A stretch of DNA of 49,162 nt from contig PS015512.1 in the NCBI GenBank assembly GCA_048213135.1, positions 18,043 to 67,204 on the forward strand, given 5' to 3'. A program made the translations under genes and the position numbers. This document shows, in pieces, positions 11,813 to 23,468 of the stretch (positions are counted from its first letter, which is position 1; each line of letters starts with the position of its first letter). The stretch comes from Reclinomonas americana ATCC 50394 (lineage: Eukaryota). The notes beneath the pieces were generated by a model. That model had not been told where the DNA came from. It saw only the letters and a program-made list of their open reading frames with translations, and searched no databases.

Positions 11813-13199
11813 ATGGGCGCGCAAGGGAGCAAAGTGCAGCCGCTCGTCAACCCTGCTCTCGTGTCTCGCGAGCTGACAGAGGAACAACGAGCAAGGTCAC
11901 CACTTGCGCTCGCATGTGAGTTGGAGAAGGAGGCTTACTTGCTTCACATGCAGATTTAATGAGCTCTTCACAACGCTGGCGGGCAAGTCAAACAAATCAG
12001 TTGCGCCTTCTGTCTCTTGAGAGAGTGCGGGAGACTCCCACACTTACACACACAGGCACACACAGATCACAAAACAAGCATTCCTTGATCATGTGGCCGA
12101 GATCTCAACATCTGACTCACTTGCCGCGTTTCGTCTTCTCTCACTCACTCACATTCACGCAGTTACACTCACTCGACTGTGTGTGTTGCGCACATAGGTG
12201 GGAGAACCTGTTCCGAGTTCTCGATGTTGGTCTGTTGTTGTTGGTGTGTCCTTTCTTTGTGTCGAGCTCTCAACTGCGCACACAGATGGCAATGGATCGC
12301 TTGATCGAGACGAGTTCCTGTGCGGGTGAGCTAACAGTGAGAGCCATGTTGCGTGCGCATGGATGTGTTGACGCGCGATCGCGCACAGGTGCATTGTAAC
12401 GTCGGCGAATGGACTGCAAGAGGAGAAACTCCGAGCGCTCTTCAAGGTTATCTTGCTGGCGAGTGTTCTCTGCACGCGTGCGACTCATATGTGCGTGGTA
12501 GATGGTGGACTTGAATGGCGACGGGCATGTGACGCGAGAAGAGGCGACCACGGTGTGGCGATCGATTATCGTCACGACGCAGGTGTGCGGCGTTTTGCTG
12601 TGCCTCACTTGTCTCACGCGTTCTTTTCATCTCTCTCTCTGTGCAAATGCAGTTTGCAGGGTTGATGGTCCTCGCCAAGCAATACGAGCAGCACGATGCC
12701 GAGGAGCTGCTGGAACTCGGACGCCAGTATCTACGCACCAACGAGGTGAGTCCGATCTCGTCTCTTTGCTGGTGCAGCAGTAGTAGGTGGTGAAAGCAAT
12801 CGCCGTCATGCAGCTCAAGCTCGAATGCTACGTGGCCGAGGTGGTGAATGCGTGCTTTGAGGAGCTGGACGAGGATGGCGACAATGAGGTAGCACGCTGC
12901 GCGCCTGTTCGTTTCTCGACTCTGCGCGCTCATCGCTTCGTCGACACCAGATTTCAGAATGCGAGTGGATGTCGCAGCTGCACTCACCGAAAGCGTCGTC
13001 GGCACCGCAAGTGTGGCTCTCCATCTTGCAGGTCTTGTGTAGCAGCCTTCCTTTTCCACAGCCTCGCTGTCTCTCACACTGCTAGCACGCGCAGCCCGGA
13101 GCCGACGTTATCAATCCCGAAGCACTGGTCGATTTCGCACAGGGTTTCTTCGAGGGCGCCTTCGGTCGTGCTCAAGCTGTCGAGTGTGGACTGCAGTAA
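11813..13199 (+). CDS. EF-hand calcium sensor (calcineurin-B/NCS-like) with N-myristoylation motif and C-terminal CaaX-like motif
   Basis: Starts MGAQGSK. EF loops are DVDGNGSLDRDE, DLNGDGHVTREE and DEDGDNEISECE, with EEKLRALFKMVD between loops as in CnB/NCS proteins. The last exon ends VECGLQ* (TAA 13197-13199). Confidence 0.8.
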
Positions 13200-13357
13200 T
13201 AAGGAGTGTACACAAATGCCGTCAAGTGCACCGGTGAAACATGGCCACAAATTCGACTTTATCTGATGCATGAGCGCGTGAAGTTGAGCGACAAGCTCAA
13301 AGGACGACTCGCGCACGCAGACACCGGATTTACCACAGACAAACAGCGAGAGAAGAG

Positions 13358-15666
13358 ATGGCGGTCTGTGCGAGTGGTGCCCACTGGCCTCACACTCAAC
13401 GCGCTCACTCACTCACTGCTGTCATTCTTGTGTGTGCGTGTGTGTGTGTTCGTGTGTGGAGCAGGATAAACGCTCTCCGTATCCCGCGGGCACCTACGCG
13501 CCCTCTGCGCCCTCTGCGCCTCCGCCTTACTCGGCGTATCCCAGCGCATCCACGCATCCAGTGGCACCGCCGCCACCCTATGCTGTTGCGTGAGATGTGA
13601 TGACGTGTGAGAAACAAGCACAGAGACACACAGACACACACATTGAGAGCGAGAGTTAGAGAGAGAGAGAGAGAGAGAGGAGGTGTGTGCGTCACTGTGC
13701 GTGTGAGAATCCATCTTTTATTGTCTGCTCATCATCACATGTCCGCGCGCAGGATGCTCCTCCGCCTTACAGCAAGGGCGCAGCCTCGGCTCCTCCACCG
13801 CCAGCCTACTACGGTGCTGGTGCGGCCTTTGCTCATCGCTCAGCGTCTGTGTTGCTCTTCTCTCGTGCGGCTCATTTACATGATAGTAGGCAAGGGTGGC
13901 GAGTATGGAGGTGGCTACGGTGGTGGCCCAGGTGGTCCGGGTGGTGCTGGTGGTGGTGGTGGTGGATATGGCGGGTCGCACAGTGACGACATGCGCTTCA
14001 CCGACGTCAGGGCGCAGGAGAACTATGATCCTGAGATGGCGCGCAACCAGTACGTCGGGGCACATTTGACGCGCGCCAAGAACCGTTGCGTGTGTGCCTC
14101 GGGCCACGAGCTGTGTTTATATATCACGGCTCATCGGTGATCGCAGGCTTCATTTTCCGTGTCTATGCGGTGCTGGTGCTGATGCTCACCATTACGACGT
14201 CGCTCACCGCCCTGCTCGTCTTCAACGACAGCGCGCGCCAGTGGGCGCAGAGGAGCGTGCGTCACTCTTTTATGGTGTCGATTGTCGCCGCGTGTGTGTG
14301 ACTCTGTTGCTCATTCGTGTTGTCGTCGCCGCCGCAGCTGTGGATGCTCATCACGTCGTGGGTCGTCAGCATGGTGATCATGTTTGTGCTGTTCTGTGTG
14401 CGCAAGAAGGCGCCAATCAACGCCATTCTGCTCTTTGTCTGGGTTGCGTCGCCGCTCTTGTACAGTGCTGTCTACCGCGCTGGCTGTTGTTATCTCATCT
14501 CACCGCGCTGCATTTCGCGCAGACCACTTTGATGTCGTGGTCGGTGGCAGTGACGTGCAGCTTCTACAATCAGCGCGTCGTGTTTGAGGTGCGCCACGGT
14601 TGTGCCTGCTCTCATATGCGTCGGCAAGTGCACTCAGGCTCACACGCGCATATTGCAGGCCTTTGGTATCACGGCCGGCATCTTCATCACGCTCACCATT
14701 TACGTGCTCGTGACCAAGGCGGTGCGTGCTCGACCCTTCTTCGTCGCAATTCAGTCGGCCTCGTCTCACAGGAAAGTTTCGCAGGATTTCCGCTTCCTTG
14801 GCGGCTTCCTCTTTGCGGCGCTGTTTGCGCTGGTCTTTGCCTCGTTGATCCAGGCATGTTGTCTTGCGCGTGTGCGTATATGCGTATGTCACCCTCACTC
14901 AACTTGCCCGATACACGCACACACAGTGGCTGTTCCCGCCGGCTCCTGGATGGCTCAATATGGTGTTTGCCGTCATTGGTGCCCTCGTGTTCACTGGGTG
15001 TGTTTCCCTGATCCTGTCAGGTCGATGTGCTGCGTCGAACCTGTCGCTGACTTTCAATGTGTGTGCGTGTGTGCGTACAGCTACATGTTGCGTCTCGTGG
15101 ACAGTCGCACGATGAAATCCCACACTCACGACTCACTCCTATTCGTATACCCTTGTTGTCAACGACGCCAGTCTGTACGATACTTCGTGAGTCTGTTTTT
15201 GCTTCTCATGTACCATTCTGTGTCTCCTTTTGACTCACTGCTCCTCTCTTGTGGCTCAACAGGATGCTGTTGCGCCGCGACTCCCCACCGGTGTGCTTGA
15301 CCACTTTGCTTCTCCTACTCATCCGCCCTCTTTGCAGGTTGCACACCTTCTCCAACGATCTGGACGAGTGGGTTCGTGTTCTTTTGCGCCCTATTTCATT
15401 CGCACTCTCCTGCTCACCGCTCATGTACCGCCGTGCAGGTTCTGCCAGGTCTCTATTGTCGCCCCCGAATCTCTGTCCCTCTCACTTTGCCCATCGCTCA
15501 CCTCTAGTCTCTCTGTGTGTATTCCCATGGCACAGCCATCAGCTTGTTCCTGGACGTTGCGTAATCACGCCGCCGCGTCATTTCGCTCTGCAATATCGAT
15601 CGCTGACTCGCTTCACAGTTCATCAACCTTCTCCTCTTCATCCTGCGCATCTTTGGTCGCAAGTAA
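13358..15666 (+). CDS. TMBIM/Lifeguard (Bax inhibitor-1 family) membrane protein, 17 exons
   Basis: Pro/Tyr/Gly-rich N-terminus with PPPY motifs, then FIFRVYAVL, PINAILLFVWT, AFGITAGIFITLT, DFRFLGGFLF and, through microexons, FTGYILYDTSMLLHTFSNDLDEWVLPAISLFLDFINLLLFILRIFGRK*, which carries the family di-aspartyl motifs. Confidence 0.92.
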
Positions 15667-15761
15667 CCGGCTCCCTTTGCATACGTTTGCGCTGCGACAA
15701 CTGTTCCGCCACCACCGCAGCCGCAGAGCCTTGGCGATGTACATGAATGAAAACCGTCACA

Positions 15762-15779
15762 TTTGGCGCGAAAATTGAA
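15762..15779. promoter_or_regulatory. E2F-like site TTTGGCGCGAAA followed by a CHR-like TTGAA, upstream of the LRR-CCHCR1 gene
   Basis: TTTGGCGCGAAAATTGAA lies about 90 nt before the ATG at 15867 and matches TTTSSCGC on both strands. Confidence 0.4.
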
Positions 15780-15866
15780 GAGCTGCTTAGTCGGTGGCCA
15801 AAAACGATCGATCGCCGAGCAGAGTGAGCAGTGGACGTGTGTGTGTGTGCGCGTGCGTAAACATCG

Positions 15867-18800
15867 ATGCCGATCCACAAGATCAGCGTGGAGCTCGTCG
15901 ATGAGATCCTCGGGTGCGGTGAACCGGTTCGCGTGTTGAACCTGTCGCGCAATCAGATTACGCGCATCGAGAACCTGGAGCCACTCGGCCCCGCACTGCG
16001 CGAACTCGATCTGTCGCTGAACGCCATTGATCGCATCGACAACGTGTCGCGATTGACGCATTTGCGTGTGCTGCGGCTCGCTGGCAATCGACTGTTACGA
16101 TCACTCTCTCGCTCTCTCTCTCCTTCATGCGTGTCGACATTCTCTCGCCCCGTGCTCACTGGCGACCACAGATCGACTNNNNNNNNNNNNNNNNNNNNNN
16201 NNNNNNNNNNNNNNNNNNNNNNNNNNNNNNNNNNNNNNNNNNNNNNNNNNNNNNNNNNNNNNNNNNNNNNNNNNNNNNNNNNNNNNNNNNNNNNNNNNNN
16301 NNNNNNNNNNNNNNNNNNNNNNNNNNNNNNNNNNNNNNNNNNNNNNNNNNNNNNNNNNNNNNNNNNNNNNNNNNNNNNNNNNNNNNNNNNNNNNNNNNNN
16401 NNNNNNNNNNNNNNNNNNNNNNNNNNNNNNNNNNNNNNNNNNNNNNNNNNNNNNNNNNNNNNNNNNNNNNNNNNNNNNNNNNNNNNNNNNNNNNNNNNNN
16501 NNNNNNNNNNNNNNNNNNNNNNNNNNNNNNNNNNNNNNNNNNNNNNNNNNNNNNNNNNNNNNNNNNNNNNNNNNNNNNNNNNNNNNNNNNNNNNNNNNNN
16601 NNNNNNNNNNNNNNNNNNNNNNNNNNNNNNNNNNNNNNNNNNNNNNNNNNNNNNNNNNNNNNNNNNNNNNNNNNNNNNNNNNNNNNNNNNNNNNNNNNNN
16701 NNNNNNNNNNNNNNNNNNNNNNNNNNNNNNNNNNNNNNNNNNNNNNNNNNNNNNNNNNNNNNNNNNNNNNNNNNNNNNNNNNNNNNNNNNNNNNNNNNNN
16801 NNNNNNNNNNNNNNNNNNNNNNNNNNNNNNNNNNNNNNNNNNNNNNNNNNNNNNNNNNNNNNNNNNNNNNNNNNNNNNNNNGCGTCTGCGCATGCGAGTG
16901 GAGGCGCTCGAATCGGCGTCGCGGCAAGCTGACATGCGCTGCGAGGGTCTGGAGTCCATGGTCAGGCGCGCAGAGCATCATCAGCGAAATCTGGAGGCGC
17001 GAGTGGCCGAAGAAGGGGAGCGATGTCTGCAGGCCGAGAAGGGCGCACGGGCGGCCGAGGAACGTCAGCGGCTGGCGGAGCAGAATGCGCAGCGCACGCA
17101 ACAGCTGTGCGCCAGTCTGCAGTCAGAACTCGAGATCTACAAGCGCCAGATGGAGCAGGCGTCGTCGACTGCCACCCATCTCGAGGGTGCCTTGCAGGAG
17201 CGCTTGCGCGATGTGGTACGTCTTGGATAGAGTGCGAGTGCATGTGCAGCTTGTTTCGCGTCGCTGACAAGCCAGCTGCAGAATCTGCGCTGGGAAGAGC
17301 GGTTACGGGAGACAGAGGTTCAGTACGAGCACAAGCTCGATCGACTTCGTGACGAGCTGGCCGAGGAACAAAAGACGGTGTGTCGAGCGGTGCTCGCTCA
17401 TGCGCAGGATAAACAGTCACCGCTCACGCGTCACTTGCTTGCAGGTGAAGCACCTGCGGGCGTACTTTGCCAGCCCCGAATCGGAGATTGAGGCAGCCAG
17501 ACGGCGAGTGGCTCCGCGTGTTTCCTTTGCTTCGGCCTCTTCGGTTTGTTCTTCACACTCGCGCTTGTCGTGGAGAGGCGAGTCATGCTCATCGTGGATG
17601 GGTAATTGTGCCACAGCCCACGTCCAACAAGACACTGGCACTGGAGAACGAGTGTGCTCGATTGCGGGAAGAGGTGCAGCTGCTGGAGGTGCAACTGCAC
17701 GCACTGCAGCACATTGTGCAGACACAGGAGCGGCAGTTGGTGCACTCGGAGGCGCAACAAATGGACGACGATCGCAGTGTGGTGCATCTGCTGGAAAAGT
17801 GAGTGCTCTTCTCTCAGTGTGGAAAGGAAGGCCAGTCTCTCACGCTGCACTGCGGCGCGCTAGGTGGAGAGAAAAGGTCTACGCGCTGCTGGTGCAATTG
17901 AAGTCAAAGGAGTTGCTGCTGGGCGACAGTCAGCGATCGCACGGAGACGAGGTGCGGTGGATTTGACACAGGTTGCTCACTCGCCCCCACATACCGACTG
18001 TGATGATCACAGGTGACGCGGTTGCGTGAGCGAGTCATCGACTTGCAAACGGAGCTGGAGGTGGAGGTCAAGAAGCGAGTGTCGCTGGAGGCGCAAGTCA
18101 AGCGCGATTCACAGGCGCTGCAATCGGCTCGCGAGACCGTCACTCGTGCCGAGTTCCGCGAGCAGAAGATGCTGAAGGATGTGGAGCGAAATGCGGTCGC
18201 ACTCGCCGAACTGCGTGCGCAACTCGAGCACGCCGGTCAAGTGATGACACAGATGTTGGACTTTATTGGCATGGCACACACCAAACTCAATGTGCACGCC
18301 AAGCGCATCGACTATGCGGATAGCAGGATGCAGATGCTTCGAGGTAAGGCGTCAGGCGCAACTTCCCCCAGTGGTGATTGATTCTCAATCACGAACGCCA
18401 CTGCATCATCAGACATGTTCCGGAGGCGTGGACTCGGTGCTGTGCCGAGTCGCGAAGGAGCGGGAGCGGGAAGTAGTGGTGGGAGCCGCAGTCCCCCGGG
18501 AGCGGCCCATACTCGGGACTTGGAGCGAGAAGTGGAGCGACTGACACGCGAACGCGACATGCTGCTGAAACGCGTACAGCGCGATGAATCCGGTGACGAT
18601 GTGCGTGCCGCCGCCGCACGAGCTGACCATATCCTTCTTGATCACCCCATCCTTATGTGCATGTTTGTGTCTCGCTGCTGGCGTCCTTGACTCCTCTCTC
18701 GTGCACAGCAAAACGAGCTGACACTTCTGCAGCGCGAACTCGTCGGTGTCACCACCGAACTGCAGCAAGTCACGCGTGAGCGTGACCTGGCGCAGCGAAC

Positions 18801-19596
18801 CGTGGACGAGCGTGAAGAGGAGATTGTGCGACTGCGCACGGCGCTGCAGGTGGAGCGCGCACGAGTGGAGCAATTGCAGTCTCTGTCGGACGATGACACA
18901 GAGAGGCAGGTGCGACACGCTGTCGCAGCCTACGAGGCCAGCCAGTCGCAGCTGCAGCACGAGCACGACGAATTGAAGCGCGAACACACGCGTGTGTGTA
19001 TCGAATTGCGGCAACTCGAACGCGAGTTGGCCAAGGAGAAGAGCCGTGCCATCTCCGAGGAGCGGTGAGTGATGATTGCTGTAGTGTGTATTCGTGACCT
19101 GATGCTGACATGGGCGCAGAACTCGACACGAGTATTTTGAGGAGAAGCTGGCGCGCAACGAGGAGGAGATTCGCGCCCTGCGGCGTGAGCGCAATGCGCT
19201 TGTGGTGCGTCACTCGGTCGTCAGTTGTTTTGTCGCATGAGACTTACGTGCGCGCTTCCACGCAGTCCACGATTCGCGAGATGGAAAAGGCGCAACAACT
19301 TGGGCGCAATATCAACACGAGTGCCTCGTCGTCCTCCTCACTCGGCAGCATTGGCAGTGGTGAGTTTGCACACACCCCAGTGACTGACTCTGTGCGTGGA
19401 CGACTTATGCCTTCTTGTCGTAGGTTCACGACGGCGGCGCGACGATAGTGGGCAGTCGGCGGCCAGTCTCGGTGCGTGCCATCCATTTGTTGCATGTTTC
19501 CCAACTGCAGACTGATAGTCTCTCGCAGCCATGAAGGAGAAGCTGGACGAGCTGTCGGAGATCACATCGGCTCTGTTGCGTGGCGACAGCAGATGA
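15867..19596 (+). CDS. CCHCR1: CCHCR1-like coiled-coil alpha-helical rod protein with apparent N-terminal leucine-rich repeats (gap between the two parts)
   Basis: Exon 1 has SDS22-like LRRs (VRVLNLSRNQITRIENL, LRELDLSLNAIDRIDNV). After the gap come LLEKWREKVYALLVQLKSKE, LKREHTRVCIELRQLER, RRERNALVSTIRE and KLDELSEITSALL, matching motifs I recall from CCHCR1/HCR. Stop TGA at 19594-19596. Confidence 0.75.
18629..18706 (+). other. U12-type (minor spliceosome) AT-AC intron
   Basis: 5' end ATATCCTT, branch site TCCTTGAC at 18684-18691, 3' end CAC. Removal restores the frame: RADQQNELTLLQREL. Confidence 0.85.
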
Positions 19597-19748
19597 CCAA
19601 CTGGCGAAGTGTAAACAATGTGTGCTTCATGTTTCATTTGTACTTGCTTTGTACTCCTGCGTTAAACCACGGCGTGCACAGCGCCAGCACCCCCTGTGCG
19701 CGTACACCCCCACACCATAAACAAAAAATGGGGCGAAACAGAGAACTA

Positions 19749-20432
19749 CTACAAGAGTCGGAGGTTGCGAGCACGGTCTACACGGGCGCGAGTAAACAGC
19801 GCCCGATCGTACTCGCCATTGTTGAAGTCGCTGTCGTCGAACATCGTATCGACAATGGTACACCCGTCAAAAGCACACCCGAACGACGACGCCAATCCAA
19901 ACGCTTGGAATGACGAGAACTGCACGCACGCAAGTCAGCGCAACGACCTATGTGTGGCGCAGCATACTCTCTCTCTCCCTCGCGCACCTTGGCTCCCGAG
20001 AAGCGCACCGAGGTGAGGTTGCTGTGCAAGAATGCCACCCGGCTGTCGCTGGAGGCGTTGAAAAGAATGGTGCACTCAAAGGTGGCACCAGTGAGGTCGC
20101 ACCGCAGGAACGTGGAGGCTCCGAGACTGGCGCCATTGAACGTCGATCGTGTGAGCAGCGAGTCGGCAAACTCGCCCTACCACGCACAGCCATTAGCTAC
20201 TCGCCGTATGGGAAGGNNNNNNNNNNNNNNNNNNNNGCCGATCGCACAGCTTGCGTGTGTGTGTGTGTGTGCGAGAGAGAGACATGCCTTGAAACATCTT
20301 GCCGAGGAGACTGTCGGCGTAGCGGCGGACGGTGGAGAGAGTGACGGTGAAACGAGTTCCGCTCACATCCAACACCACTCGCTTATCAGCGGCGGTCTCC
20401 CGTGGTGACACACTACTCTCCATCGTCTCCAT
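19749..20432 (-). CDS. BTB/POZ (T1-type) plus pentapeptide-repeat protein, KCTD9-like; middle lost in an N-gap
   Basis: N-terminus VVLDVSGTRFTVTLSTVRRYADSLLGKMF is a KCTD BTB start. C-terminal pentapeptide repeats include STFNGASLGASTFLRCDLTGATFE and SNLTSVRFSGAK. Stop TAG at 19749-19751. Confidence 0.8.
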
Positions 20433-20583
20433 GTAGGGAGGGAGGGAAGAGACGGATGGCGGTGTGCTCTCCGTCGTACGGCAGATAATAATGATCCGAC
20501 GATCTTGCTATTTCCGCACTCGGGCCCGCTGCACTGCTCACTTAACAAGCACGTTATTTCTTTCATTGCCCTATTCACGTCCA

Positions 20584-23468
20584 TCACCAATGCAGCAACG
20601 AGAAGTGCTGCGTGGTCCACTTCGGGAACACGCGCTTGTACAGCGGCATGCACACCGTGTCGCTCGGTCGCAGAGGTGCATCAAAGACGCACTTCATGTA
20701 GCCGTGCGTGCCTGCAAACACAAAGAATGATCAGTACAAAGATGGAGTGGCGGGTCACCATAGAGACAACGGGCGCCGCACCAACAGACTCGACAATGTT
20801 GCCGATACGACCGCTCTTTGTGTACAACTCCACCGGTTTGAAATACTGCACGGTGCAATGGCGAGTCAGGAAGCAGTTCCTCGGTACAGCCAGCCATCTG
20901 CCGACTACACATACCTTGACGTCCTCGGGGTTGAAGAACATGTATCGTACGACAACGCGCTCGTTGCGGAACTTGACCGGGAAGCCGGTGAGAACGATGC
21001 GTTTGAGCACAATGCGGTCTGGATCCACATTCTTCAGCGAGCCCGTGCCCACCAGTGTCACGGCACCTGCATGCGAGCACAGACGTGTGAGGCGATGCAA
21101 AGTGTGTGTGTGTGTGAGAGAGAGAGATGGGAGGTGAATAAGCACGCACCACCCTCCAGCTCCTTGAACAGGAGCAGCGGGGCTGGCGGGTACGCGGTTG
21201 GCCCATAGATGGTGGCAATCGTCGGCCGCTTGTTGTGCAGGAAGCGCTCGAACTTGAACTTGTTGGCGTTGGCGGCGTCGAACGAGTACAGTGGCTGGAA
21301 TCAACAAATGAGAAAACAACAACATGATAAAGAACAGCAGACACTGCCGCAATCGCACCTCGGCACGGAAGGTGCGGAAGCCGCAGTGGAAGAGCAGCGG
21401 CTCCTTGGAGCGAATCGGCGCCTCGTAGGTGGTGTGCTTGAGCACCGAGTAGTTCAGCACCGATGTCTTGTTCTCGTGTCTCGCCAGGCCGGCAACCATC
21501 AGCAGCGACTGTCCGTCGTACACCTCCGTAATGGAACTCTCCACGTTGCGAATGAGAAGACGCACGTACGTGCCGACCTGCACCGACACCATCCACAGAG
21601 TCAGAGAGAGAGAAAGAGAAAGAGAGCGTGTGAGACGTACCGGCACACGTCCGTGTTGCACCTCCGCTTGCGCGGCCTTGGCAGTCTGCGCAAAGCGCTC
21701 ATACTGGAACAGGCGGGCGTAGTCGAGCGGCAGACTCAACTTTGGATCCCACGGTGAGTGCCTCATCGACTTGACGGCGCAGTACTTGGCAAAGCGCGTC
21801 TGCGCCAACTGATCTTGCGGTGTGTCCACCTCATCCGGCCAGTCAATGTCGGCCGCCACTTCCGCATCCTCGTCCGCACGCGATCGGCCACGCTGTGCAT
21901 GCAGGTCGGCATGTGAGCAACACACGATGCACCAACAGTTACTGCTTCACAGGAAACGACATACCATGCGCTCTTTTTTCCTCCTGGCCATGGCCTCCAC
22001 CGACTTGTCAGCTGCATCGTCCTCCTCCATGTCCTCCTCTCCATCAATGCCCTCCTCCTCCGTCTCGTAGCGCACACCCGAGCCACTGGCTCCTCCACGC
22101 GCTGCTGCCGCCTCCTGAATCGCCTCTAACCGATCCATGTCCTCCTCTCCCGCACCCTCGTCCACACCCATGTCGGCCAGCAACTCGTCCTCGTCGTACT
22201 CGGAGCCTTCATCGTCGTCGTCGTCATCATCGTCATCATCGTCATCATCATCATCACCAAACTCCTCGTCGCTGGCGCCGTCCGCAAACTCGGGCAGCAC
22301 ATTGCCGTCGGCGTCCATCATCCACCGTGCCTGATACTCACTGGTGCCCTTGGGCAGGCGGAGCACACGCTTGCCTGCACTCGCCACCGACCGCGCACAC
22401 GCGCTCTTGCCCGCAGCCGACGAGCCGACACCATCCGCCGCCATCAGCTCCTCCTCTGTCGGCCACGTCTGCTCACCGGTCAGCGGATCCGGGGTGATTT
22501 CACTGACCAAGGTGTCGCACTCCTCCGACGGAACGTCGAGCACCACACCCGCTTGCGGCTGCCGACGGTGTGATGCGTCAGTCGCGGAGCGCACATACAC
22601 AAACAAAAAAACAGGGGGTACAAACAGACGCACCGCGACCACCGCCGACTTGTGACTCATTGTCACTGGCTCGACACCGAGTTCGATCTGTGGCAATCAC
22701 ACATACGCGTCAGCTTTCACCAGACGGAAGCAGCGCGCGTCTGCCACTACGCACCCTCTCCAACTGGTACGTGCCGTAGTTGACCACCTGACACAGCAAA
22801 TCGGCCGACATGGGCGCCCCGNNNNNNNNNNNNNNNNNNNNTTCTGCGATTTGATGTGTTTGAGCATGCATGCACCGACAAGCGGGAGCATAGGGTGTAC
22901 GCAACACAAAAGTGTGCACGCCGCATCGACTCTCACACGCAGACTGATCCGCGGCGGCCAACAACTGCTGCAACACCTCGTGCGGATCGGCCGACGAGCT
23001 CAACGAGATCACACCCTGAGAGCTCTTTTGTGTCAGCATTCCCTCCGCACACACACACACAGCACGAGAGAGACAGGAAGCACCATTGACTTGGGTGGTC
23101 CGTCACTTGTGCCTGCACGCCGCGCCTCCACAAACTCCGCCTTCTTCTTCTCTCGTCGCACACGACTCTGATTGCGACGCTCCTCCTTGCTCATCGACGA
23201 CGTCGACGCATTCTTCAACGAGCGCAGATTGGTTGTCGGAGTCACACGCTTCTCCACACGACCTCCGGTCTTCTCTGTGTACACGCACACACACAAAAAG
23301 AGGGTGAGTGGGTGCGTCTGTGCATGTGAATGTGCACATGGCCGAAAACAGCCGCCCACACACGAAACTAAGCTTCACCGGATCGCCGCCACCGGCCGCG
23401 CGTCGTCGTCGCAGCTTGTCCGACGCAGAGCCCTTGAACGGGCGGTTCTTCTGGCGCCCTCCCGACAT
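20584..23468 (-). CDS. TSR1: Pre-rRNA-processing protein TSR1 (40S biogenesis); part lost in an N-gap
   Basis: [83 protein letters not shown] and [11 protein letters not shown]...LYKRVFPKW are all TSR1 signatures. Confidence 0.95.

Noticed and set aside
13074-13412. Minus-strand 112-aa ORF as a separate gene
   Set aside because: It is antisense to the last EF-hand exon and the TMBIM start, and has no recognisable motif.
15087-15171. Reading the GTTGCG donors as non-canonical G|TT-AG introns
   Set aside because: Frames are restored only when the intron begins at the GT (e.g. TAC AT|T CTG gives YIL), so the boundaries are canonical GT-AG.
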